From NCBI GenBank assembly GCA_036500785.1, contig DASYBN010000055.1, positions 1 through 36,394 of the forward strand: a stretch of 36,394 bases of DNA. Reading direction: 5' to 3'. Shown here piece by piece: positions 1 to 9,029 of the stretch. The DNA comes from Acidobacteriaceae bacterium. GTDB lineage: Bacteria > Acidobacteriota > Terriglobia > Terriglobales > Acidobacteriaceae. The number at the start of each line of letters is the position of its first letter. Within the stretch, counting starts at the first letter, position 1. The position numbers and the translations under genes are program-made. The notes under the pieces were generated by a model. The model was given only the letters and a program-made list of their open reading frames with translations. It did not search any database and was not told the origin of the DNA.

Positions 1-57
1 CAATCGGTTGCGCGTGCGAAGAAGAGCTGTGGATTCGACGAGTGACTCCTCAAACAT
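1..57 (-). CDS. 5' end of a probable TonB-family energy transducer (partial, runs off left edge)
   Basis: Not in the ORF track. Minus strand ATG at 57 reads MFEESLVESTALLRTRNRL with GAGGT about 6 nt upstream. The MFE(D/E)SL.ES start is one I recognise from acidobacterial TonB-family proteins. Only 19 codons are visible. Confidence 0.55.
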   Translation of the reverse strand, partial: MFEESLVESTALLRTRNRL

Positions 58-112
58 GGCGGCACCTCGAGTGGTCTCGATGTGCGTCCGGCGAGGAACG
101 CGTCTGGCGGGA

Positions 113-140
113 TAGACACCGGCGAAGGAAAGGATGTTCC
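113..140 (-). promoter_or_regulatory. Candidate ECF-sigma promoter for the left-edge gene
   Basis: Minus strand GGAAC(140-136)-N18-GTCTA(117-113), resembling ECF AAC/GTC promoter elements. Confidence 0.35.
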
Positions 141-174
141 CTTGCGATGGCGCTGGCAGCGACGCAATCGTGGG

Positions 175-1413
175 ATGATGGCTGTCATGGCAACGAGCGT
201 GGCTCCGGCGAGTGCGACAGCAGAATCTGTGCTGGTAAAGCCCGGCCGCGTGCTTTCCGTGGACGTGCTGCGCGGCTTGACGATCGCGCTGATGATCCTG
301 GTGAATGATCCTGGCGATTGGGGACACGTGTTTCCGCAGCTGGACCATGCCGAGTGGAACGGATGGACGTTGACGGACCTGGTGTTCCCGACATTCTTGT
401 TTCTAGTGGGCGCGTCGATCGTGTTCTCGATGAGCGCGCGGGCGGCCCGGGGGAACTGCAAGGCCACGCTGACGGGGCGGGTGTTTGCCCGGGCGGGCAA
501 GATCTTTCTGCTCGCGATGGTGCTGAACTATTTCCCGCGCATGCACTGGGTCGGCCTGCGGCTATATGGCGTGCTGACCCGGATTGCGCTGTGCTATTTG
601 GTCGCGGCGCTGATCCTGCTGGCGACCAGGCGCGTGCGCTGGCTCGTGCTGATCATCGCCATGCTGCTGGTGGGGTATTGGGCGCTGCTGCGTTGGGTTC
701 CCGTGCCCGGCCTGGGGCTGCCGGGACGCGATGTGCCATTTATGGATAAGGATCTGAACCTCGCCGCGTGGTTTGATCGCGCGTCGATGGCTTGGACGCA
801 GCGCTGGCTGCATACCGGCACGCTGTATAACCACACGCGCGATCCGGAGGGGCTGCTGAGCACTTTGCCGGCGGTGGCGACGACGCTCTTGGGCGCGCTG
901 GCGGGGCTCGCGATGCTGGCGGTGAGCAGTGGCAGCGCGAGCTGGCAGAAGGTGCGCGTGAAGCTGCTTGCGTGGGGCGTTGTCGGGATTGCTGCGGGCG
1001 AGCTGTGGTCGCGATGGTTTCCGATCAACAAGAACCTGTGGACCTCGAGCTATGTGTTGCTGGCAGCGGGGATCGCGGCGGTCGTGCTGGCAGCCTGCTC
1101 GGCGCTGGTGGATCGGCGGCCGCAGCCGTGGCCGCGCTGGCTGCGGGTTGTGACGTGGCCCTGGCTGGTTTTTGGATCGAACGCGATTGCCGCGTTCACG
1201 GTGTCAATGGTGGTTGTGAAGACGATGCTGTACCTGCACGCGACCGGCGCGGACGGTGTGCGGCGCACGTGGTGGTACTTCATGTACTGGGACGTGTTTG
1301 CGCGCCACGGAACGAACGACTGGACGTCGCTGGCGTTTGCGTTGAGCTTCGTTGGGCTGTGTTTTCTGCCGGTGTGGTTTCTGTGGCGGAAGCGGATCTT
1401 TTTGCGGCTGTAA
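175..1413 (+). CDS. NagX / heparan-alpha-glucosaminide N-acetyltransferase-like (DUF5009) membrane acyltransferase
   Basis: RVLSVDVLRGLTIALMILVN, LDHAEWNGWTLTDLVFPTFLF, DPEGLLSTLPA and PINKNLWTSSY motifs; many TM segments. Start is among ATG 175/178/187 rather than the track's 82. Confidence 0.85.
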   Translation: MMAVMATSVAPASATAESVLVKPGRVLSVDVLRGLTIALMILVNDPGDWGHVFPQLDHAEWNGWTLTDLVFPTFLFLVGASIVFSMSARAARGNCKATLTGRVFARAGKIFLLAMVLNYFPRMHWVGLRLYGVLTRIALCYLVAALILLATRRVRWLVLIIAMLLVGYWALLRWVPVPGLGLPGRDVPFMDKDLNLAAWFDRASMAWTQRWLHTGTLYNHTRDPEGLLSTLPAVATTLLGALAGLAMLAVSSGSASWQKVRVKLLAWGVVGIAAGELWSRWFPINKNLWTSSYVLLAAGIAAVVLAACSALVDRRPQPWPRWLRVVTWPWLVFGSNAIAAFTVSMVVVKTMLYLHATGADGVRRTWWYFMYWDVFARHGTNDWTSLAFALSFVGLCFLPVWFLWRKRIFLRL

Positions 1414-1425
1414 GGGGAGAGTGGA

Positions 1426-3009
1426 TTGGCGAGCGGGTTTGCGTTTGGGGGATTGCGGGAGTGGGTGGAGGCGCTGGAGCGCGCGGGCGAGTTGAAGCGC
1501 GTGAAGGCGGAGCTGTCGCCGGTGCTTGAAATGGCCGAGGTCGCGGACCGCGCGGTGAAGAACGATGGCCCGGCGCTGCTGTTTGAGAATGTGGGGGGCT
1601 ACAAGGGCGCGCGCGTGCTGATGAACCAGTTTGGCAGCGAGCGGCGCATGAAGATGGCACTAGGGGTGGACTCGCTGGATGATGTGGCGAAACGCATTGA
1701 GGCGCTGCTTCATCCAGTGCCGCCTGCAAGCCTTATGGACAAGCTGAAGATGCTTCCTGTGCTGGCTGAAATGGGATCGTACTTTCCAAAGGTCGTCGAT
1801 CGAAAGCGCGCTCCGTGCAAGGAGGTCGTGCTGCACGGTGAGGACGTGGACGTAACGAAGTTTCCGGTATTGACGACGTGGCCAGGCGACGGAGGCCCGT
1901 TCATCACGTTGCCGTGCGTTGTGACGAAGGACCCGCGCACCGGGAAGCGAAATCTCGGGATGTACCGAATGCAGGTATATGACGGCCGGACCACCGGAAT
2001 GCACTGGCAACGCCAGAAGGTCGCCGCAGAGCACTTCCGTGAGCACCTGCGTGGAGCCGCAGAAGATTCTGCGGGCGCGGTTGACGTGATGGCGCGAACC
2101 GCGGGCGGGACAACGGCTTCCGTCGATGTGAACGGAGTTCCGCAGCACGTGGTTACGAAGATTCGCGGCGCGCGGATGGAAGTTGCGGTGGCGATCGGCA
2201 CGGATCCGGCCGTGACCTTCAGCGCCATAGTGCCCGCGCCCCCGGAAGTAGAGGAATATCTGATTGCGGGGTTTTTGCGCGGAAAAGCAGTGGAGCTCGT
2301 GAAATGCGAAACCGTGGACCTGGAGGTGCCCGCGACTGCGGAGATCGTGCTCGAAGGTTACGTGGAACTCGGCGAGTTGCGCAGCGAAGGACCGTTCGGC
2401 GACCACACGGGCTTCTATACAATGCCCGAGGACTATCCCGTGTTTCATATAACGTGCGTGACGCATCGAAAGAATCCGATCTATGCGGCCACGATCGTCG
2501 GCAAGCCTCCGATGGAGGACGCATGGATGGGCAAGGCCGTCGAGCGCATCTTTCTGCCGCTGATGAAGCTCACGCTGCCGGAGATCGTCGACGTGAACCT
2601 GCCGCCGGAGGCGGTGTTTCACAACCTGATGATCGTGAGCATTCGCAAGAGCTACGCGGGGCATGCACGCAAGGTGATGAACGGCGTCTGGGCGATGGGC
2701 CAGGCAATGTTCACCAAGTGCGTCATCGTTGTTGATGAAGACTGCGACGTGCAGGACCTGCGCGAGGTGACGCTGCGCGTCGCCAACAACATTGACCCAG
2801 AGCGCGACATTCAGTTCACTCTCGGTCCTGTGGACTCGCTCGATCACGCGTCGCGTCTGCCAAATTTCGGCAGCAAGATGGGGATCGATGCGACCCGCAA
2901 GTGGGCAGCGGAGGGATTTGCGCGGCCTTGGCCGGCGATGCTGGCGATGCCGGACGAAATCAAGCGGCGGGTAGAAAAGGTTTGCAAGGACCTGGGATTC
3001 GAAAAGTAG
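1426..3009 (+). CDS. UbiD-family prFMN-dependent decarboxylase, menaquinone-biosynthesis (MqnL-like) type
   Basis: RNLGMYRMQV, EGPFGDHTGFY, GKPPMED and GSKMGIDAT motifs; TTG start after GGGGAGAG. Confidence 0.9.
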   Translation: MASGFAFGGLREWVEALERAGELKRVKAELSPVLEMAEVADRAVKNDGPALLFENVGGYKGARVLMNQFGSERRMKMALGVDSLDDVAKRIEALLHPVPPASLMDKLKMLPVLAEMGSYFPKVVDRKRAPCKEVVLHGEDVDVTKFPVLTTWPGDGGPFITLPCVVTKDPRTGKRNLGMYRMQVYDGRTTGMHWQRQKVAAEHFREHLRGAAEDSAGAVDVMARTAGGTTASVDVNGVPQHVVTKIRGARMEVAVAIGTDPAVTFSAIVPAPPEVEEYLIAGFLRGKAVELVKCETVDLEVPATAEIVLEGYVELGELRSEGPFGDHTGFYTMPEDYPVFHITCVTHRKNPIYAATIVGKPPMEDAWMGKAVERIFLPLMKLTLPEIVDVNLPPEAVFHNLMIVSIRKSYAGHARKVMNGVWAMGQAMFTKCVIVVDEDCDVQDLREVTLRVANNIDPERDIQFTLGPVDSLDHASRLPNFGSKMGIDATRKWAAEGFARPWPAMLAMPDEIKRRVEKVCKDLGFEK

Positions 3010-3072
3010 GAGCCGCCCGATATACTGGTGATTGTGCGTCTGCATTGATTTCGACGCACAGGGAGAGGCCGT

Positions 3073-3936
3073 TTGGCGAAGGCGGAGATCGGGATTATCG
3101 GGGGCAGCGGCCTCTACAACATGGATGGGCTGACGGATGTGCGCGAAGAGCGCGTGGAAACTCCGTTTGGTGATCCGAGCGAAGTGTTTCTGCTGGGCAA
3201 GCTGGAAGGGCGTGATGTTGCGTTTTTGGCGCGCCACGGCAAGGGCCACCGCATTCTGCCGAGTGAGCTGAACTTTCGGGCTAACATTTACGCGATGAAG
3301 AAGCTTGGGGTGACGAGCATCCTTAGCGTCAGCGCGGTGGGCTCGCTGAAGGAACAGCATAAGCCGACGGACTTCGTCGTCCCGGACCAGTTCATCGATC
3401 GCACATTCGCAAGACAGGCGACGTTCTTCGGAGACGGTGTAGTTGGCCATGTGGCGTTCGGAGACCCAGTGTGCCCGATCGTTGTGGACGCGTTTGTGAA
3501 GGCGTGTGAGGAGGTGGGCGTGGTCGGTAAGCGCGGCGGCACGTACGTTTGCATGGAGGGGCCGCAGTTCTCGACGCGCGCGGAGAGCAATCTTTATCGC
3601 TCGTGGGGAGCGGACGTGATCGGTATGACGAACCTGCAGGAGGCGAAGCTGGCGCGCGAGGCAGAGATCAGCTATGCCACGCTCGCGATGGTGACGGACT
3701 ATGACTGCTGGTACGAAGGACACGATGACGTCACCATTGAGCAGGTGATTGCTGTGATGCACCAGAACAGCGGAAACGCGCAGAAGGTCGTGAAGGCCGC
3801 CGTGCGGCTGATGCCACAGGACCTGAGTGCGAGCCCTGCGCAGACCGCCGCGCAGTTCGCGATCATGACGGACAAGAAGCTGATCCCCGAGGCGACGAAG
3901 CAGAAGCTCGATGTGCTATTCGGGAAATATTTCTAA
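3073..3936 (+). CDS. mtnP: S-methyl-5'-thioadenosine phosphorylase
   Basis: IGIIGGSGLY, FLARHG, MEGPQFSTRAES, GMTNLQEAKLAREAE and VTDYDCW motifs. Confidence 0.92.
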   Translation: MAKAEIGIIGGSGLYNMDGLTDVREERVETPFGDPSEVFLLGKLEGRDVAFLARHGKGHRILPSELNFRANIYAMKKLGVTSILSVSAVGSLKEQHKPTDFVVPDQFIDRTFARQATFFGDGVVGHVAFGDPVCPIVVDAFVKACEEVGVVGKRGGTYVCMEGPQFSTRAESNLYRSWGADVIGMTNLQEAKLAREAEISYATLAMVTDYDCWYEGHDDVTIEQVIAVMHQNSGNAQKVVKAAVRLMPQDLSASPAQTAAQFAIMTDKKLIPEATKQKLDVLFGKYF

Positions 3937-3962
3937 GCGAAAGCTGATTAAGCGGAGAGTTG

Positions 3963-4889
3963 ATGTCGATTCTTGTGGTTGGTTCGGTGGCGTTCGATTC
4001 ATTGGAGACGCCAAGCGGAAAACGGGAGCGTGTGCTCGGTGGCGCAGCGACTCACTTTGCCTTGGCAGCGAGCTTCTTTACCAAGGTGCGCGTAGTGGGC
4101 GTCGTCGGCGAAGACTTCCTGCCCGAGCATGAGCGCGTGCTGACGGACAAAGGCGTGGATACGAAAGGTATCGAACGCGCGCCGGGCAAGAGTTTTCACT
4201 GGCGCGGCGCTTATCTTCGCGACCTGAACGAGGCGGACACGCTGGCGACCGACCTCAACGTGTTCGCGGAGTTTGCGCCGAAGATTCCGGCGGAGTACAC
4301 GGACGCGGAGTTTCTGTTTCTCGCCAACATCGATCCGGTGTTACAGGCGCGTGTGCGCGCGGAGATGCCGAAGGTTGCCATGGTTGCGGGCGACACGATG
4401 AACTATTGGATCAATGCGCATCGCGAGAACCTGCTGAAGGTGATGCGCGAGCTGGACGTGCTGCTGATTAATGACAAAGAAGCGCAGATGCTGAGCGGCG
4501 AATCGAACGGGTTCCGGGCTGCTGAGGCGGTGATGGCGCTGGGACCGAAGTCGCTGATTGTGAAGCACGGCGAGTACGGCGCCACGGCATACTTCAGCGA
4601 GCGCAGCTTCGGCGACGGTGTAAAGCGCCGGCCGTTCCGTGCGCCAGGACTGCCATTGCATGAGGTAGTCGACCCGACCGGAGCGGGCGATTCGTTCGCC
4701 GGAGGCTTCTACGGCTACGTTGCGTCGCAGGGCAAGCTCACGCCGGAGGTCTTCCGGCGCGCAATGTTCTACGGCAGCGCGATGGGCTCGTTCGCGGTGG
4801 AGCGCTTCGGGACCGAGCGGCTTCAGGAGACGACGCGGGCTGAGGTCGAGGAACGGCTCGAGCATCTCCGCGAACTCTCGCATCTGTAA
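3963..4889 (+). CDS. PfkB-family carbohydrate/nucleoside kinase
   Basis: VVGSVAFD, LGGAA and the C-terminal PfkB signature DPTGAGDSFAGGF; GGAG upstream. Confidence 0.9.
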   Translation: MSILVVGSVAFDSLETPSGKRERVLGGAATHFALAASFFTKVRVVGVVGEDFLPEHERVLTDKGVDTKGIERAPGKSFHWRGAYLRDLNEADTLATDLNVFAEFAPKIPAEYTDAEFLFLANIDPVLQARVRAEMPKVAMVAGDTMNYWINAHRENLLKVMRELDVLLINDKEAQMLSGESNGFRAAEAVMALGPKSLIVKHGEYGATAYFSERSFGDGVKRRPFRAPGLPLHEVVDPTGAGDSFAGGFYGYVASQGKLTPEVFRRAMFYGSAMGSFAVERFGTERLQETTRAEVEERLEHLRELSHL

Positions 4890-4915
4890 TAGCGAACAGG
4901 CGCGGAGGAGCGTTA

Positions 4916-6643
4916 GTGCCGAGACCAGCAGGCAAGACGAGCACAACAAAGGCGTTCACGCGGCCGAGACGGAGTGCATCGACGGCTCCCATGTGGGACC
5001 CAAACGCGGTGACACCGGCTACGCGTAGCGAGGTCTATCCATTTGCGGCGGCTGGTGTTGTCCTCGGATTTTTTGCGCTGCTGGTCTGCTACTCCAAAGG
5101 GTATTTGCTGCTGTACGGCGATGCGGTCGCGCACCTCGGCATCGCGCGGCGCATCCTCGACTCACACTATCCCGGGCTCGCGCAGCTTGGCGGTGTCTGG
5201 CTTCCGCTTCCGCACCTGCTGATGCTGCCGTTCATCGGCAACATGCAGATGTGGCAGACGGGCTTTGCCGCGGTGCCAATGTCGTTGTTGAGCTACGCGC
5301 TGAGTGTTGCGGGTGTGTGGAGGCTAGCGCGCCGATTGATGCGGCCGCGCTGGGCACTCGTCGCAACCACCTTTTACGGACTCAATCCAAACCTGCTGTA
5401 TCTCGCGACCACAGCGATGACCGAAGCGCTGTTCCTCTGCCTGCTGGTGTGGACCGTCGTTGCCGCGAGTGAGACCGTAGCGGCGTTGCGCGCGGGCAGA
5501 GTGCGTAGCGCAAGCGGCGGGATGATTGCCGCGGGCGTGCTCGTGCTTGGCCAGGTGCTCACGCGCTACGACGGTTGGATCATCGGCGCGGCGGTGTGGT
5601 GCTGGATTGCATTGGAGCTGTGGCGGAGTGGAGCGGCTCTGCGACGGCGGCTGCTCGTGCCTTTTGCGTTTTTCACGATGCTGTGTGTGGCGGGGCCGGG
5701 CTTCTGGTTCTGGTACAACGCGCACTTCAAGGGCGACTGGCTAGACTTCATGCGCGGGCCGTATTCGGCTGCTGCGATTGAGCGAAAAACGGCGCCGCCG
5801 GGGCAACATTATCGCGGATGGCATAACCCTGCGTGGGCGCTGCTCTTCTACACGCGAACCGCGCAGCTCGATGCCGCCGTGTGGGAGACGGGCTTTGTTG
5901 TAATGGCGGCGGCGCTCTACGGCGCGTGCATTCAATGGCGACGCCGCCGTGATGCAGCCGTGGTCACGCGCGCGGAATCAGGCCTATGGCTGCTTTGGAT
6001 TCCACTGCCGTTCTATGTGTATTCGGTCGCGTATGGGTCGGTGCCTATCTTCATTCCGCAGCTTTGGCCGCACTCGTACTACAACGCACGCTACGGTATG
6101 GAGATGCTGCCGGTACTGGCGATCTATGGCGCGCTGGCCGCGGAGCAGCTTGATCTGTGGCTGCGTTCGAAGGCTGCCGGGTGGGCGCGCGTTGCCGCGC
6201 GGTTGTGGCAACCGGCTGCGATGTTGCTGTGCGCAGCCAATTGCATTGCGATGATGTATCGAATTCCACTGGTGCTGAAGGAAGGCCAGGTGAACGCGAC
6301 CACGAGAATTCCGTTTGAGCGCGCGATCGCGGCCACGCTCGAGACGGTTCCGATACAGGACCCGGTTCTGATGTCCACGACAGCGCACGTGGGCGTGGTG
6401 CAGACCGCCGGCCGCCCATTGAAGAGCATGGTCAGCGAGGATGACGAGGTTGCCTGGGAGCGTGCACTGGCTGACCCGGCACACCATGCTGCGATCGTGA
6501 TTGCGATTGCGGGAGACCCGGTGGCGCGGGCGGTTGCGGCCCATCCTGAAGGCCTGGAAGAGCTTGAGGTGATCTGCACCTCGGGTCAGCCGTGCGCGAA
6601 GATTTATCGATCGCATCTGTGGACCGGACAAACCACGCCGTAG
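4916..6643 (+). CDS. Polytopic GT-C fold glycosyltransferase (ArnT/PMT/GT39-like)
   Basis: GGAGGAG RBS and GTG start; YGDAVAH in the first loop, WLPLPH, AMTE, TRYDGW, ARY; about 10 TM helices plus a soluble C-terminal domain. Confidence 0.7.
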   Translation: MPRPAGKTSTTKAFTRPRRSASTAPMWDPNAVTPATRSEVYPFAAAGVVLGFFALLVCYSKGYLLLYGDAVAHLGIARRILDSHYPGLAQLGGVWLPLPHLLMLPFIGNMQMWQTGFAAVPMSLLSYALSVAGVWRLARRLMRPRWALVATTFYGLNPNLLYLATTAMTEALFLCLLVWTVVAASETVAALRAGRVRSASGGMIAAGVLVLGQVLTRYDGWIIGAAVWCWIALELWRSGAALRRRLLVPFAFFTMLCVAGPGFWFWYNAHFKGDWLDFMRGPYSAAAIERKTAPPGQHYRGWHNPAWALLFYTRTAQLDAAVWETGFVVMAAALYGACIQWRRRRDAAVVTRAESGLWLLWIPLPFYVYSVAYGSVPIFIPQLWPHSYYNARYGMEMLPVLAIYGALAAEQLDLWLRSKAAGWARVAARLWQPAAMLLCAANCIAMMYRIPLVLKEGQVNATTRIPFERAIAATLETVPIQDPVLMSTTAHVGVVQTAGRPLKSMVSEDDEVAWERALADPAHHAAIVIAIAGDPVARAVAAHPEGLEELEVICTSGQPCAKIYRSHLWTGQTTP

Positions 6644-6799
6644 AAGCAACGCGCATCCTAGAAGTATGTGGGGCACGCAGAGCGCTCCACGGCAGCCGGC
6701 GCGCAAGTTCACCGGTTCATCGAATAATCGAATGCACAGCAGCAGCGCTCTATGAATCAGGGCCGACGCCCCCACGCGCGCTGAGAGGAGCAGAGAAAC

Positions 6800-7309
6800 A
6801 TGGGAATTTTTACACCGGATATGAACAACCTTCGGGAGCTGTACAGAACGATGCTGCAGCGGTCGCTGGACAGCGAACGCCAGATCGTCGATGACGGTCT
6901 GCCCACGATGATTGAAAACTCGACCAATAGCCAATTGAAGAACGCGTTCCGCACGCACCTTGAGGAGTCCAAGGAACACATCTCCCGCCTGGAGAGGATT
7001 CTGCGCGACAACGAAGGTGAGGCGAGCAGGAGCAAGTGCAAGGTAACCGCTGCGCTGATCAGCGAGGGCAGTTCCTCGGCTAAGGATGCGAAGGACCAGA
7101 CGCTGCGCGACGTCGTTTTGATAGCAGCCGGCAACCAAGTGGAACATCACGAGATCGCGATCTATGGAACGCTGCGCAACATGGCGATCATTCTCGGCGA
7201 AGCTGAGCATGCGGCGCTGCTCGACAAGACACTCGAGGAGGAGAAGCACGCCGACAAGGTGCTGACCGAACTCTCGGAACAGATCAACGTAGCGGCGCCG
7301 GTCGCGTAG
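6800..7309 (+). CDS. YciE/YciF ferritin-like stress protein (DUF892)
   Basis: HLEESKEHISRLE, NQVEHHEIAIYGTL and TLEEEKHADKVL; AGGAG RBS. Confidence 0.9.
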   Translation: MGIFTPDMNNLRELYRTMLQRSLDSERQIVDDGLPTMIENSTNSQLKNAFRTHLEESKEHISRLERILRDNEGEASRSKCKVTAALISEGSSSAKDAKDQTLRDVVLIAAGNQVEHHEIAIYGTLRNMAIILGEAEHAALLDKTLEEEKHADKVLTELSEQINVAAPVA

Positions 7310-7335
7310 CGGAATCGATTTCACGGTGAGAGCGT

Positions 7336-7369
7336 ACCCGTGCCGCTGATGCGGCACGGGTTCTTTTTT
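7336..7369 (+). terminator. Rho-independent terminator after the yciF-like gene
   Basis: Perfect 11-bp stem ACCCGTGCCGC/GCGGCACGGGT, TGAT loop, then TCTTTTTT. Confidence 0.9.
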
Positions 7370-7443
7370 CGGTTATAACGTGGGGTGACGACGCGGGTGC
7401 AGGGCCGTCTGAAAACCCTCATGGCCGGTAGTATTCTGACTCG

Positions 7444-8220
7444 ATGGTGCAGGGCGGAACGACGCACATTAGCTTTCTGGATCAAATGGTTCTCTCCGGC
7501 GCGGTCTGGCGGCGGCTGCTGGTCGCGTGCGCGCTGGGCGGGGCTGTGGGCCTGGAACGCGAGTGGCATCACAAGGATTCCGGCCTGAGAACGAACATGC
7601 TCATCTGCATGGGCTCGGCGCTCTTCACCATCATGAGTGAGGTGCTGGCGGGCTCCTCCACCCCGAACAAGGGGCAAGTGGCGGCGAACATTGTGCAGGG
7701 CATTGGGTTTTTGGGTGCGGGCCTGATCCTGCATACGAGGAGTCGGGTGCTGGGACTGACGAGTGCGGCGACGGTGTTCGTTGTCGCAGCGATTGGCATG
7801 ACCTGCGGCGCAGGCATGTATATGGGTGCAGTCTTTGCGACGGTGCTGCTTCTGGTGGCGCTGTGGGCGGTTGGTTTTATGGAGGCTGGCCTCGGATGGA
7901 AGCGCTACTCAGTGCTCTATGAGGTGCGTGCGCAGGTTGGGACGACGTTCGGTAACGAGCGTACCCGTTTCGAGGGAACCGACGCAGTGGCGCAGGCGAT
8001 TGAGGCTGCACGGCTGCGAATGCTGACGGCGATTCTGAAGGTGATGGATGCCGCCGGACAGCGGCTCCAGATTTTAGATCGCGACAATATCGCCGGTCTG
8101 GAGCGGGTCTGCTTCTCTTTGCTAGCAACGAGGCGGATTCATGACAAAGTGTTAGAGCAACTTCGAGCCAGCGATGCGACCGATCAGGTGGTTTCCTTCT
8201 CAGACGTGGAGGCGGAGTGA
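7444..8220 (+). CDS. MgtC/SapB-family membrane protein
   Basis: LGGAVGLERE, GLRTNMLICMGS, IVQGIGFLGAG and GLTSAAT motifs; stop overlaps the next start (GTGA). Confidence 0.9.
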   Translation: MVQGGTTHISFLDQMVLSGAVWRRLLVACALGGAVGLEREWHHKDSGLRTNMLICMGSALFTIMSEVLAGSSTPNKGQVAANIVQGIGFLGAGLILHTRSRVLGLTSAATVFVVAAIGMTCGAGMYMGAVFATVLLLVALWAVGFMEAGLGWKRYSVLYEVRAQVGTTFGNERTRFEGTDAVAQAIEAARLRMLTAILKVMDAAGQRLQILDRDNIAGLERVCFSLLATRRIHDKVLEQLRASDATDQVVSFSDVEAE

Positions 8221-9029
8221 CGGCGCTCGAATTTGTGAAGGCGCATGCGTGTGGCAATGACTTCCTCATAATGGAGGAGAGCACCGCGAGCGGGAGATAC
8301 TCCGCAGTCGCGAAGAAGCTCTGCGACCGGCACACTGGCATCGGCGCGGACGGAGTCGAATTCGTGGAGCGCAGGGCCGACGGCACATTTTTTCTGCGAC
8401 TCTTCAATGCCGACGGCAGTGAGGCGGAGCTGAGCGGAAACGGAACGCGGTGCGTCGCTGCATGGCTCGCTCAGAGTGAAGGGCTGCGAGAGATGACCTT
8501 CGGCACTCATGGTGGAGCGCGCACCTGCCGCGTGCTAAGCCAAAATTGCGCGACGTGGTTGATTGAGAGCAGCATGGGCGTGCCGCGTGTCATGCGGCGT
8601 GCAATCGAGATCGCAGGCGTGAGTGGAGTGATCGACGGCGCGATGATCAACGTCGGCAACCCCCATTTTGTGTTGTTTGTTGAGAGCGACGACTTCAGCA
8701 GCCATGGCATGAGCTGGCAGGAACTCGGCGCGAAGATCAGCTTGGATCCACTCTTCCGCTTTGGCACGAACGTCGAGTTTGTGCGCGTGCTCGGACCCGC
8801 TTCGATTGAGTTCCGCATCTATGAGCGTGGCGTCGGCCCCACGCACTCGTCAGGTACGGGGACGTGTGCGTCATCGGCTGCAGCGATTGCGCTGCGCGGC
8901 GCTGATCGCGAGCTCACCGCGAGTTCCATTGGTGGGCCGCAGCGGGTCGTATGGTCCTCGAACGATGAAGAGATGCTGCTAACAGGGCCGGCGGAGATCA
9001 TTTGCCGCGGCGAGGTGGAACTTGCGTGA
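8217..9029 (+). CDS. dapF: Diaminopimelate epimerase homologue with a Ser/Ser active site
   Basis: GNDF, CDRHTGIGADG, FNADGS, GNPH, NVEF and YERGVG motifs. The canonical CGNG and CGTG motifs read SGNG and SGTG. Confidence 0.85.
   Translation: MTALEFVKAHACGNDFLIMEESTASGRYSAVAKKLCDRHTGIGADGVEFVERRADGTFFLRLFNADGSEAELSGNGTRCVAAWLAQSEGLREMTFGTHGGARTCRVLSQNCATWLIESSMGVPRVMRRAIEIAGVSGVIDGAMINVGNPHFVLFVESDDFSSHGMSWQELGAKISLDPLFRFGTNVEFVRVLGPASIEFRIYERGVGPTHSSGTGTCASSAAAIALRGADRELTASSIGGPQRVVWSSNDEEMLLTGPAEIICRGEVELA

Noticed and set aside
1660-3762. 700-aa antisense ORF across ubiD/mtnP (similarly 5984-7357 and 10377-12077)
   Set aside because: Shadow ORFs opposite well-supported genes; high GC3 suppresses stops in this frame and no motifs are recognisable.
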